Source of the DNA: Macrostomum lignano
Taxonomy: Eukaryota
NCBI GenBank assembly: GCA_002269645.1
Contig: NIVC01000421.1
Location: 186,001 to 250,000 of the forward strand
Direction of reading: 5' to 3'
DNA length: 64,000 bases
The translations under genes and the position numbers were made by a program. Positions 47,385 to 59,354 of the stretch are shown here, one piece after another. The notes under the pieces are model-generated. The model was not told where the DNA came from, searched no databases, and worked only from the letters and a program-made list of their open reading frames with translations. Every line of letters starts with the position of its first letter. Positions within the stretch are counted from its first letter, which is position 1.

Positions 47385-49025
47385 TATCATATTGTTTAGG
47401 GTGTTTATATCATCCTGTTTAGGGTGATTATGTCGTCCTGTTTAGGGTGTTTATATCATCCTGTTTAGGGTGTTTATATCATCCTGTCTAAGGTGTTTAT
47501 ATCCGTCTGTTTAAGCTGTTTATATCATCCTATTTAGGCTGTTGATATCATCCTATTTAGGTTGTTGATATCATCCTATTTAGGTTGTTGATATCACACT
47601 GTTTAGGCTGTTGATATCATCCTATTTAGGTTGTTGATATCATCCTGTTTAGGCTGTTTATATCATCCTGTTTAGGCTGTTTATATCATCCTATTTAGGT
47701 TGTTGATATCATCCTGCTTAGGCTGTTGATATCATCCTATTTAGGTTGTTGATATCATCCTATTTAGGTTGTTGATATCACACTGTTTAGGCTGTTGATA
47801 TCATCCTATTTAGGTTGTTGATATCATCCTGCTTAGGCTGTTGATATCATCCTATTTAGGTTGTTGATATCACACTGTTTAGGCTGTTGATATCATCCTA
47901 TTTAGGTTGTTGATATCATCCTGCTTAGGCTGTTGATATCATCCTGTTTAGGCTGTTGATATCATTCTGTTTAGGGTGTTTATATCATCCTGTTTAGGCT
48001 GTTTATATCATCCTGTTTAGGCTGTTTATATCATCCTATTTAGGTTGTTGATATCATCCTGCTTAGGCTGTTGATATCATCCTATTTAGGTTGTTGATAT
48101 CACACTGTTTAGGCTGTTGATATCATCCTATTTAGGTTGTTGATATCATCCTGCTTAGGCTGTTGATATCATCCTGTTTAGGCTGTTGATATCATCCTGT
48201 TTAGGGTGTTTATATCATCCTATTTAGGGTGTTTATATCATCCTATTTAGGTTGTTGATATCATCCTATTTAGGCTGTTGATATCATCCTATTTAGGTTG
48301 TTTATATCATCCTATTTAGGCTGTTGATATCATCCTATTTAGGTTGTTGATATCATCCTGCTTAGGTTGTTGATATCATCCTATTTAGGTTGTTGATATC
48401 ACACTGTTTAGGCTGTTGATATCATCCTATTTAGGTTGTTGATATCATCCTGCTTAGGCTGTTGATATCATCCTGTTTAGGCTGTTGATATCATCCTGTT
48501 TAGGGTGTTGATATCATCCTGTTTAGGCTGTTGATATCATTCTGTTTAGGGTGTTTATATCATCCTATTTAGGGTGTTTATATCATCCTATTTAGGTTGT
48601 TGATATCATCCTGTTTAGGCTGTTGATATCATTCTGTTTAGGCTGTTGATATCATTCTGTTTAGGCTGTTGATATCATCCTATTTAGGCTGTTGATATCA
48701 TCCTATTTAGGCTGTTGATATCATTCTGTTTAGGCTGTTGATATCATCATGTTTAGGCTGTTGATATCATCCTGTTTATGGTGTTTATATCATCCTGTTT
48801 AGGCTGTTGATATCATTCTGTTTAGGCTGTTGATATCATTCTGTTTAGGCTGTTGATATCATCCTATTTAGGCTGTTGATATCATCCTATTTAGGCTGTT
48901 GATATCATTCTGTTTAGGCTGTTGATATCATCATGTTTAGGCTGTTGATATCATCCTGTTTATGGTGTTTATATCATCCTGTTAAGGCTGTTGATATCAT
49001 CCTATTTAGGGTGTTTATATCATCT
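47385..49025. repeat. 23-bp minisatellite (TATCATCCTGTTTAGGGTGTTTA-type)
   Basis: Direct, with variant blocks. Confidence 0.95.
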
Positions 49026-49979
49026 ACTTTAAATCCAATTTTTGAAGATTAGTTTTACTTCTCATGAAACAAACAAAGGAGTCGCTGTTGAGCTGCTCCT
49101 TAACAATTTTAACCGCTGCACTAAAAGGCGGGATCAAGTGTTCGTTTGTTTATCTTTTTCGCTTTATTTGATAGCTGTCAGAAAAATTCATTTCATTTCG
49201 CCTGCCTTAACCTCGAAACACAGAACGCACAAGACTTTGTCGCTACTTACTTAGTAGTTCCGATTGTTTAAATTTAAACCAAATTTTGTAACTTTGTGTC
49301 CATTTTTAAGACCATAGCGTTTTTACTTTTCTATAGTTGTTTTAATAGTCTCATATATTCATGTAAGAACGTCTTCAAATTTTGTTCAAATTGTGTTTAT
49401 CTCCACAAAAAATGACTCACTCGATCCAGGTGTAAAACTTTTGCCTTATCATGCCAATTTTTGAAAGCAACAAAAATAGCTTTAATATAGCGCCTGTTTT
49501 ATTTACCAGAAAATTTAGAGCACTTAGCAAATGTTTAAATGCACGCGCAACCGCTTCTCCTGCTCTACTTATAGTAGTCTGTGTCAGACTCATTAGCACC
49601 AAATAATTATATTTTATGCTCGAAATATTAAACGATTTCTTGGAATAAAACTAATAAAAAATAACTATTACAGAAGGAATGCTTGACGCATTCTAAAATG
49701 ATTATTGTTAGCGATATCAATAACCTGGCCGGCATTTGTCTCCTTGTCATTATTTTAGTCTATATGATTATTTTTATAAAACTAATTTCAAAGAGTGAAA
49801 CAGGTTGCCAGTAGTAGTAGTATGTAGGGAATTTTGTGAAGTTTTTTGTATTAAAAAAGCTTATTTCTGGGTCGTTTATATGTTTAGTTTATGCTGTTTA
49901 TATCATCCTGTTAAGTGTGTTTACATCGTCCAGTTTAGGGTGTTCATATCATCCAGCTTAGAGTCCAGATTTACTGGAT

Positions 49980-50410
49980 AAGTAGTAATGGCAGTAGTAG
50001 TAGTAGTAGTAGTGGCAGTAGTAGCAGTAGTAGTAGTAGTAGTAGTAGTGGCAGTAGTAGCAGTAGTAGTAGTAGTAGTGGCAGTAGTAGTGGCAGTAGT
50101 AGTAGTAGTAGTAGTGGCAGTAGTAGTGGCAGTAGTAGCAGTAGTAGTAGTAGTAGTGGCAGTAGTAGCAGTAGTAGTAGTAGTAGTAGTAGTGGCAGTA
50201 GTAGTGGCAGTAGTAGTGGCAGTAGTAGTAGTAGTAGTAGTAGTAGTGGCAGTAGTAGTGGCAGTAGTAGTAGTAGTAGTAGTGGCAGTAGTAGTGGCAG
50301 TAGTAGCAGTAGTAGTAGTAGTAGTGGCAGTAGTAGCAGTAGTAGTAGTAGTAGTAGTAGTGGCAGTAGTAGTGGCAGTAGTAGTAGAAGTAGTACGAGC
50401 TAGTAGTAGT
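49980..50410. repeat. (AGT)n microsatellite with GGC/GCA interruptions
   Basis: Direct; explains the poly-Thr and poly-Val ORFs. Confidence 0.95.
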
Positions 50411-50799
50411 ACTAGTGGTAGTACTAGTTTTAGCAGCAGCAGTAGTATCTCAAGCCAATAAAAAGTAAGAGTAAACCGCACGTGTAAACGACCGTCTTCC
50501 TCAATTTCTCTCATTGAACCGCTGCCTGTTAACACAACACAGCCGTCTTCAGTTCCATAGTTTACGATTAAAAGTATACAAACTTGCAATTATATTTGAC
50601 CTAACAATTTACAAACTTAAACATAATCAACTAATTTTAGAATCGAAAAAAGATATTTTTTTCCTTAAAGCCAACAGCATATCGATGGGTTACAAAAGCA
50701 GTAAAAATGCATTAGAAAGTGGATTGCAAGCTTGTAATCATAGGCTCGCGAAACGCAATTTATTAAAATATTTTCACTGACCCAATGCTTCTACAAATC

Positions 50800-51412
50800 T
50801 GACCCCAAACCCCCTACAGATCTGACCCCAATCAATATACTTACTCTATAGATCTGACCCCAAAACCCCTACAGACCTGACCTCAAAACCCCTACAGACC
50901 TGACCCCAAAACCCCTACAGACCTGACCCCAAAACCCCTACAGACCTGACCCCAAACCCCTACAGACCTGACCCCAAAACCCCTACAGACCTGACCTCAA
51001 AACCCCTACAGACCTGACCCAAAACCCCTGCAGACCTGACCCCAAAACCCCTACAGACCTGACCCCAAAACCCCTACAGACCTGACCTCAAAACCCCTAC
51101 AGACCTGACCCCAAAACCCCTACAGACCTGACCTCAAAACCCCTACAGACCTGACCTCAAAACCCCTACAGACCTGACCCCAAAACCCCTACAGACCTGA
51201 CCCCAAAACCCCTACAGACCTGACCCCAAAACCCCTACAGACCTGACCTCAAAACCCCTACAGACCTGACCTCAAAACCCCTACAGACCTGACCCCAAAA
51301 CCCCTGCAGACCTGACCCCAAAACCCCTACAGACCTAACCCCAAAACCCCTACAGACCTGACCCCAAAACCCCTACAGACCTGACCCCAAACCCCTGCAG
51401 ACCTGACCCCAA
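50800..51412. repeat. 23-bp minisatellite (ACCCCAAAACCCCTACAGACCTG)n
   Basis: Direct; abuts the SNAPC3 stop codon region. Confidence 0.95.
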
Positions 51413-51441
51413 AGCTCAAGCTGATCACACAGCACTACAAT

Positions 51442-51975
51442 TCAAATGCAAAAAGCGCAGAAAGGCAGCCGCTTGCTGCCGTCAGCACTCAGCAGAGCCA
51501 CTCTGCAACAGTCAACACAAGCGCACATGGTCTCGTCAAACAGCTCGTCGCAATCTGAAATCAAAAGTTCAGCCCGAGCCGAGCGGCACAGCTGGCAGTC
51601 TCGGTAGGCGAAAGTCAACGAGGAGAAGCCGTGACTGAATCTGGCTAACGGCAGATGCTCGGGATCGGTCGCTGGATGCTTCAAGCTGACGTCAGAGAAC
51701 ACTATTATGTGCTCGCAGTTGGCCGCGTGCTGGTACAGGTAAAGCTCTCCTAGTCTCAAGGTTAGCGACGAGATTCTAGTTGACTCCATCGTGTGAGCAG
51801 TTAGTGATTCGCCAAATTCTTGTCTGGCTTTGGAGTTTTCCGACAGCCACTTCAACACCGTGGCGCTGAGTCGGCGGTTAAACGGTAATCGACAATCGTC
51901 ATAGAGACCAAGGCCAATGTGAAACATTGACGAGGTGTACACGTCGCGACTGCGGGAACAGCGCTCCGACATGGC
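51442..51975 (-). CDS. SNAPC3: snRNA-activating protein complex subunit 3 (SNAP50), exon 3/3
   Basis: SSMFHIGLGLYDDCR..TVLKW..MESTRISSLTLRLGELYLYQHAANCEHIIVFSDV..CQLC..CVDC matches the zf-SNAP50_C pattern; acceptor at 51975 (alternative 51999), phase 0. Confidence 0.88.
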   Translation of the reverse strand, partial: AMSERCSRSRDVYTSSMFHIGLGLYDDCRLPFNRRLSATVLKWLSENSKARQEFGESLTAHTMESTRISSLTLRLGELYLYQHAANCEHIIVFSDVSLKHPATDPEHLPLARFSHGFSSLTFAYRDCQLCRSARAELLISDCDELFDETMCACVDCCRVALLSADGSKRLPFCAFCI

Positions 51976-52021
51976 CTGTCGAGGGTTGTCGCTGGACAGC
52001 TGGCGGTGGGGTTGCAAGGTG

Positions 52022-53710
52022 AGGCGATTCTTAGAGTTAAGAGTGGTCTAAAGGCGATTGCTAAAGTCATTTAGAGGCGATTCTTAGGGTGGTCTAAAAG
52101 CGATTGCCAAAGACATTTAGGGGCGATTCTTAAAGTGGTCTAAAAGCGATTGCCAAAGACATTTAGGGGCGATTCTTAAAGTGGTCTAAAAGCGATTGCC
52201 AGACATTTAGGGGCGATTCTTAAAGTGGTCTAAAAGCGATTGCCAAAGACATTTAGGGGCGATTCTTAAAGTGGTCTAAAGGCGATTGCCAAAGACATTT
52301 AGGGGCGATTCTTAAAGTGGTCTAAAAGCGATTGCCAAAGACATTTAGGGGCGATTCTTAAAGTGGTCTAAAAGCGATTGCCAAAGACATTTAGGGGCGA
52401 TTCTTAAAGTGGTCTAAAAGCGATTGCCAAAGACATTTAGGGGCGATTCTTAAAGTGGTCTAAAAGCGATTGCCAGACATTTAGGGGCGATTCTTAAAGT
52501 GGTCTAAAAGCGATTGCCAGACATTTAGGGGCGATTCTTAAAGTGGTCTAAAAGCGATTGCCAGAGACATTTAGGGGCGATTCTTGAAGTGGTCTAAAAG
52601 CGATTGCCAGACATTTAGGGGCGATTCTTAAAGTGGTCTAAAAGCGATTGCCAGACATTTAGGGGCGATTCTTAAAGTGGTCTAAAAGCGATTGCCAGAG
52701 ACATTTAGGGGCGATTCTTAAAGTGGTCTAAAAGCGATTGCCAAAGACATTTAGGGGCGATTCTTAAAGTGGTCTAAAAGCGATTGCCAGACATTTAGGG
52801 GCGATTCTTAAAGTGGTCTAAAAGCGATTGCCAGAGACATTTAGGGGCGATTCTTGAAGTGGTCTAAAAGCGATTGCCAGACATTTAGGGGCGATTCTTA
52901 AAGTGGTCTAAAAGCGATTGCCAGACATTTAGGGGCGATTCTTAAAGTGGTCTAAAAGCGATTGCCAGACATTTAGGGGCGATTCTTGAAGTGGTCTAAA
53001 AGCGATTGCCAGACATTTAGGGGCGATTCTTAAAGTGGTCTAAAAGCGATTGCCAGAGACATTTAGGGGCGATTCTTAAAGTGGTCTAAAAGCGATTGCC
53101 AGACATTTAGGGGCGATTCTTAAAGTGGTCTAAAGGCGATCGCCAAAGACATTTAGGGGCGATTCTTAAAATGGTCTAAAGGCGATCGCCAAAGACATTC
53201 AGGGGCGATTCTTAAAATGGTCTAAAGGCGATTCCTAAAGCCAGTTTGAGGCGATTCTTTAAGTGGTCTAAAGGCGATTGCCAAAGACATTTAGGGACGA
53301 TTCTTAAAGTGGTCTAAAGGCGATTCTTAATGCAATTTAGAGGCGATTCTTAGAGTGGTCTAAAGGCGATTCCTAATGCAATTTAGAGGCGATTCTTAGA
53401 GTGGTCTAAAGGCGATTCCTAATGCAATTTAGAGGCGATTCTTAGAGTGGTCTAAAGGCGATTCCTAATGCAATTTAGAGGCGATTCTTAGAGTGGTCTA
53501 AAGGCGATCTCTAAGCTATTCAGAGGCGATTCTTAGGGTGGTCTAAAGGCGATTGTTAAAAACATTTAGGGGCGATTCTTAGGGTGGTCTAAAGGCGATT
53601 CCTAAAGCCATTCATAGGCGATTCTTAGAGTGGTCTAAAGGCGATCGCCAAAGGCATTTAGAGGCGATTCTTAGGGTGATCTAAAGGCGATTGCTAAAAA
53701 CATTTAGGGG
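52022..53710. repeat. 46-bp (2x23) minisatellite TTTAGGGGCGATTCTTAAAGTGGTCTAAAAGCGATTGCCAAAGACA
   Basis: Direct. Confidence 0.95.
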
Positions 53711-55230
53711 CAACTAGCAATCTACGCCCCCCGTTGGGGAGCTAAAGAAATGAAATACACGTTTTTTAATAAGCTACATGTAGCCTTGAAATCCTAAAAA
53801 ATCTCCTGTCAAACTTCTAATAGCCCTAACCCCAACCCTAAACATAACCCTAAATTTAATATTTTGTCCATGAGTTTTTGCATGATGCTTCTATGATTTT
53901 TTGCATGACGCTTCCATGATTTTTGCATGACGCTTCTATGATAAACATTTTTAATAAGCTACATGAGCTAAGTTATAAGCTACCCTAACCCTAGCACTAA
54001 CCCGAATCTTAACGCTATAACCCTAACCCTAACCATATACCCTAACACCAACGCTAACACTAACCCTACAGCCTGACATCTGCATAAGTTTGTGAAGCGC
54101 TAGTAGTATTTTTTTAGCTTAGTATCTTAGCGTTGGGGAGCCAAAAAATGCAGTACAAGTTTTGTAATAAGCTACATGTAGCATCACTTTGCAATATCTC
54201 TCTGCAATATTTGCATCTCTTTGCAATAATATACTGCTTTGCAAGCAGTCCCTTGTAAGCCTTGACATGTCAGTAATTCCCCCCCCCCACAAGCTTTAAC
54301 ATTTCAACTTCCTCTTGACATCTCAGCGATGCTCCCCATAAGCCATGAAATCTAAAAAAATCTGTCAACTTTCTAACCCTAACCCTAACCCTAACCTAAC
54401 ATAACCCTAAAGCATTGACATTTCAGTAATTCTCTCTAAGAGTCATTATAGCACTACTACAGCATTATAGCGATTCCCTGCAAGCCTCGACATCGTAGGG
54501 ATTCCCAAATGAATCTCTTAACTTCGACATGAAGCTTCTTATTTTTTACATTACGCTTTTTCTATCAGCGATCCCTCCCGTGAGGAGCCAACAAATAATG
54601 AAATAAAGTTTTCAATAAACTACATGTAGCTTCTGACTTTAGCCTTGACATCTCATTTATTCCCCCATGAGCCTTGACATCTCAGCTATTCCCCTCGTAA
54701 GCCTTGAAATGTCAGCAATGCCCCCCATAAACCTTGATATCTGAAAAATCCCCTGTTAACCTTGAAACCCGCTAAAATCTAACCCTCAACCCACACCGGA
54801 ACTAAACCTAACTTTAACCCAACCTAAAGCCTTGAAATCTCAACAATTCTTCTCCCTTAAGCCTTGACATTTTAGTGATTCCTTCTTTAAGAATCACAGC
54901 ACTATAGCGATTCCCTCCAAGCCTTGACATCGTAGCAATTCCCAAATGAATCTTTTAACTTCGACATGACTCTTCTTTTATGTATACATAGTGCTTCTTT
55001 TCTTTTTTACATGACTCTTCTTCTATCAGCGCCCCCCCCGTGGCGAGCCAACAAAGAAGGTAATAAAAAAATTGAGTAAACTACATGTACTTTGAAGTAG
55101 CTTCTGACTTTTGCTTTGACATCTCAGAAACCCCCCCCCCCCGTAATCTCAGTTATTCTCCGTGAGCCTTGACATCTCAGTAATTCTCCCCAGCACAGCA
55201 CAATAGCTTCATTTAATTTTTACATGACAC
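53710..55230. repeat. About 4 diverged units of roughly 430 bp with CTACATGTAG palindromes and TAACCC telomere-like runs
   Basis: G(G/C)GAGC..AA..TAA(G/A)CTACATGTA recurs at about 53735, 54135, 54585 and 55040. Confidence 0.7.
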
Positions 55231-56670
55231 TTCTTTCATGTCTGACATGACGCTTTTTTTGATTTTTACATGACGCTTCTTTTGATTTTTACATGACGGT
55301 TCTATGATTTCTTAAATGACACTTCCATTAGTTTTTATATAAGGCTTCTATGATTTTTTACATGACGCTTCTATGATTTTTTACATGACGCTTCTATGCT
55401 TTTTGACATGACGCTTTTATGATTTTTTACATGACGCTTCTATGATTGTTTACATGACGCTTCTATGATTGTTTACATGACGCTTCTATGATTGTTTACA
55501 TGACGCTTTTATGATTTTTTACATGACGCTTCTATGATTTTTTACATGACGCTTCTATGATTTTTTACATGACGCTTGTATGATTTTTTTTAAATGACGC
55601 TTCTATGATTTTTTAAATGACGCTTCTACGATTTTTTACATGACGCTTTTATGATTGTTTACATGACGCTTCTATGATTGTTTACATGACGCTTCTATGA
55701 TTGTTTACATGACGCTTGTATGATTTTTTTGCATGACGCTTCTATGATTATTTACATGACGCTTTTATGATTGTTTACAGGACGCTTCTATGATTGTTTA
55801 CATGACGCTTCTATGATTTTTTTAAATGACGCTTCTATGATTTTTAAATGACGCTTCTACGATTTTTACATGACGCTTCTATGATTTTTTACATGACGCT
55901 TCTATGATTTTTTTACATGACGCTTCTATGATTTTTTAAATGACGCTTCTATGATTTTTATATGACGCTTCTACGATTGTTTACATGACGCTTCTATGAT
56001 TATTTACATGACGCTTCGATTTTTTTACATGACGCTTCTATGATTGTTTACATGACGCTTCTATGATTGTTTACATGACGCTTTTATGATTTTTTACATG
56101 ACGCTTCTATGATTTTTTACATGACGCTTCTATGATTTTTTACATGACGCTTCTATGATTTTTTACATGACGCTTCTATGATTTTTTACATGACGCTTCT
56201 ATGATTTTTTACATGACGCTTCTATGATTGTTTACATGACGCTTCTATGATTGTTTACATGACGCTTCTATGATTTTTTAAATGACGCTTCTATGATTGT
56301 TTACATGACGCTTCTATGATTTTTATATGACGCTACTACGATTTTTTTACATGACGCTCTTATGATTTTTTACATGACGCTTCTATGATTGTTTACATGA
56401 CGCTTCTATGATTTTTTACATGACGCTTCTATGATTTTTACATGACGCTTCTATGATTTTTTACATGACGCTTCTATGATTGTTTACATGACGCTTCTAT
56501 GATTTTTTACATGACGCTTCTATGATTGTTTACATGACGCTTCTATGATTTTTTAGAATGATTTTTATATGACGCTACTACGATTTTTTTACATGACGCT
56601 TTTATGATTTTTTACATGACGCTTCTATGATTTTTTACATGACGCTTCTATGATTCATTATATGACGCTT
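55230..56670. repeat. About 23-bp minisatellite (ACATGACGCTTCTATGATTGTTT)n
   Basis: Direct; the same unit occurs as a few copies at about 53875. Confidence 0.95.
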
Positions 56671-57204
56671 CTTTTTAAAAATTCTTTTAGTTTTCCTGAC
56701 GTTGAAAAGCTTTAATTAAAAAAATCATACTCTATGAAAATTCGAACCATCGTCGCTGCATTTAGCAGTTCAGTCTGTTCACCTCTAGGCTAGCTCTCAT
56801 CGTTTTGATAACATCAAATTTTGCACTTATATAATTCAACACTTTAAAATCCAAGCATAGAGTAAATCACACGAAGCAGTTATGACATAATCAGTTTCTC
56901 AGTCAGTCAGTATCAGTTAACAATATGGTTACGCAATTTAAATCAAGTCTGGTGCTACGCTTCCACACTGCATTTTCAATTCAAGTCGGAGTTACAATTC
57001 AGTTATGATGCAATCTATTTCAGAGTCAGAATTCAACCAGTCAGTTTTTTTTTTCTCTAGCATTCTTACAATGCATTTCAAGTCGAAAAGTTTGCTTGAC
57101 CTTTGCAAAAAAGCATGTTTTTCGAGTATTTAATGCCTTTAGCATCGAGCAATTTCTTAGCCAAGACACATGTACCGTCACGGGAAAATTTCTGATCGAA
57201 CAGT

Positions 57205-57296
57205 GCAAGTCTCATGAAAATCGGTTAAGCCATTTTTTCTCTAATCGATTACAAGCAAGCAAGCAAGCAAGATTTTCATTTTTAGTATATAGGATT
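57205..57296 (+). mobile_element. Lep1/Helentron-associated (HINE-like) 3' core
   Basis: CATGAAAATCGGTTAAGCC..-(CAAG)n-..TTTTAGTATATAGGAT resembles the recalled AAAATCGGT + tetranucleotide + TATAGAT layout. Confidence 0.45.
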
Positions 57297-57566
57297 CTTA
57301 GGGTATTCAGGAGCGATTTCTAAAAAGTATACTACTAGTAGGTATTTTGCCTTTGGCATAAAAGGAAGCAATAAGGCCAGTGTTTTCCGATTCGAGATTA
57401 AATAATCCGTGCAGTTGTCCAGCTAAATTCTAAATAGCGCATTCCTGCTAAATTTACTCATGGGTTAATAATTTCATAGCTAAGTTTTTGCAGTGCCCTA
57501 TCTTGACCCTTTGTCAGTAGATGACTGCTGTACAATAAGGTTGAATACATATAATGTAGCTGATGT

Positions 57567-57795
57567 AGAAGGCTTCGTACGGCTGTTAGGTCCAAGGACT
57601 GGGGGAGGGGGGTCTCCACACACAACCTCAATTACCCCAGCTAATGCTGGCACCCATTTTACAGCTGGGTGAACTGAAGCAATGCAGAGTTAAGTGTCTT
57701 GCTCAAGGACACTAATTGTTCCGAGTGGGATCGGGAATCGAACCCCCGACCTTTAAGTCGTGAGTTCGACGCTCTGACCACTAGGCTACAAACCC
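57567..57795 (-). mobile_element. tRNA-derived CORE-like SINE, copy 2
   Basis: Reverse complement is collinear with 45143-45372 over about 230 nt. Confidence 0.85.
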
Positions 57796-58084
57796 TCTGC
57801 TTCCCAGCATGGCCAATAGATACAGTCCCAGCACTGTCCCTTAAAATGGGTAATGGCTTCAAGTTTTACATCTAAATTACACTATGCTAGATGCTCCGAG
57901 CCCCCGATAACCAAAGGCTAAAAGGCCGGATTTTATTAAACGAAGACTGAACAAAGAAAATTGCATGCAAGCTGCAGCCGGTAGAACTTGAATTCGAATG
58001 AAAAACGTTCTTTATTAATATTCGTTTAGACCGTTAGACTTCTTGTATTGAAGTTATCATAAGTTTGTTGTCGTGTCTGGAGTC

Positions 58085-58837
58085 TCACTGCAGCACAAAC
58101 TTCACCCAGTCGTCGCTGTTCTCGATCTGCTGCTCAACCTGGGCGTCACTGAACTGCAGCAGTCGGCACTGGCCGAGGGCTTTGTTGTACAGCACGCTCC
58201 TGGTGTTCAGGACTTTGCCCAGTGCAGCCATGAGGCATTCAAGCACTTGGGTGACTTTATGCAGGTCGGTGTAACAGTACTGAGTGTTGTAATTAGTGCG
58301 TTTGAATGGCACCTTCACCCAGGTGGCAACTGGCGACTGGCCGCGGTGAGGTGGAGCGAATTCGCAGGCGAATCCCTTGGCATCAAAGCAGCGCTGATCC
58401 ACAAGCCGGTGGCTGTTGTCGTTCGCCTGGAACACGCAGTCCTGATTCCCGTTGCTGCTTGGCATTGAGCCGTACCACAGCGCATTGTCCATCGGCAGCT
58501 TTTCATTGCCGTTGACCGCCTGCCAGCCCGATCGAGACGTCTGTCGCTCGTCAGCGAGGTCGGTCAATCCGAGCCACAATTGATTACCGCTGTCCATACT
58601 CGGCATGCTGCTGAGCAGCTTCAGAGTTTCGTACGAGTTGATGAGCTCGCCTCCGATCGCTGCGCACTGCCGGTTGGCCTCGCACCAGGTGAAATCTTTA
58701 GAAGTGTTTATGAAGATGCACTTGCCAGCTTCGGTAAAAAACGGTGAAGGGCACGCGGCCTGCTGTTGAGATGAGCCAACTTGCATAAGCAGTAGCACTG
58801 CCATGCTAACAGTCAGAGTCAGCTCAGCAATCATCAT
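58085..58837 (-). CDS. Secreted C-type lectin domain + PAN/apple-like protein, intronless, nested in SNAPC3 intron 2
   Basis: Signal-like MMIAELTLTVSMAVLLLMQVGSS; CPSPF..KC..TWCEANRQC..GGEL..WLGL..W..P..NQDCV..LVDQRC..FACE; C-terminal EC......RSVLY.....CRL; 250 aa. Confidence 0.88.
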   Translation of the reverse strand: MMIAELTLTVSMAVLLLMQVGSSQQQAACPSPFFTEAGKCIFINTSKDFTWCEANRQCAAIGGELINSYETLKLLSSMPSMDSGNQLWLGLTDLADERQTSRSGWQAVNGNEKLPMDNALWYGSMPSSNGNQDCVFQANDNSHRLVDQRCFDAKGFACEFAPPHRGQSPVATWVKVPFKRTNYNTQYCYTDLHKVTQVLECLMAALGKVLNTRSVLYNKALGQCRLLQFSDAQVEQQIENSDDWVKFVLQ

Positions 58838-59354
58838 GGTGACTGGGGTGGCAATGCAGGTACGCATCGGATATCCAGCATTCAAGCAAGCATTAAGTAG
58901 TCAATAACCAACAAAAAAACTGTCATATCCCAATGCCACTGCCTGGCATAACAGACAGAATTTCATTAGCTAAAAAATCAACGAAGCTCTTTTCATCTTT
59001 GCCGACAGTGAATTATATCTACCGGTAGCTATTTATGTTTACATTTAGCATGAAAGAACTGGCTTTTAGTGATCAGTCAAGACTGAGGAGTCATTTAGGG
59101 CTCCAATTGTTCGGCTTCCCTTTTTGACTATGCTGAGATGAAAAGAAAAAATACTCATAATGAGATGCAGTTTCCCTGAAAATATGTTTTCAAAAGAAGA
59201 CATTGTTTTTAAGACAATAAATGTTGGTTGCCATGGCAACTAAAATTCCATTTTATTACGTTTCCCCCCAAAATTGAATCGTAAAAATAAGTATTCATTA
59301 TATCTGGACGTTAAATTATTATAGTTATTAAGCTGATTCTTAATGTGGTTCAGG

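Noticed and set aside
49921-50589. Thr-rich mucin-like ORF
   Set aside because: (AGT)n microsatellite with flanks lacking coherent coding signal.
50800-53710. Arrays flanking SNAPC3 exon 3 as a third inverted pair
   Set aside because: Only about half of positions match in reverse complement; too weak for stable pairing.
53820-54830. Interstitial telomere or chromosome-fusion site
   Set aside because: TAACCC runs are only 2-4 units, degenerate and all in one orientation.
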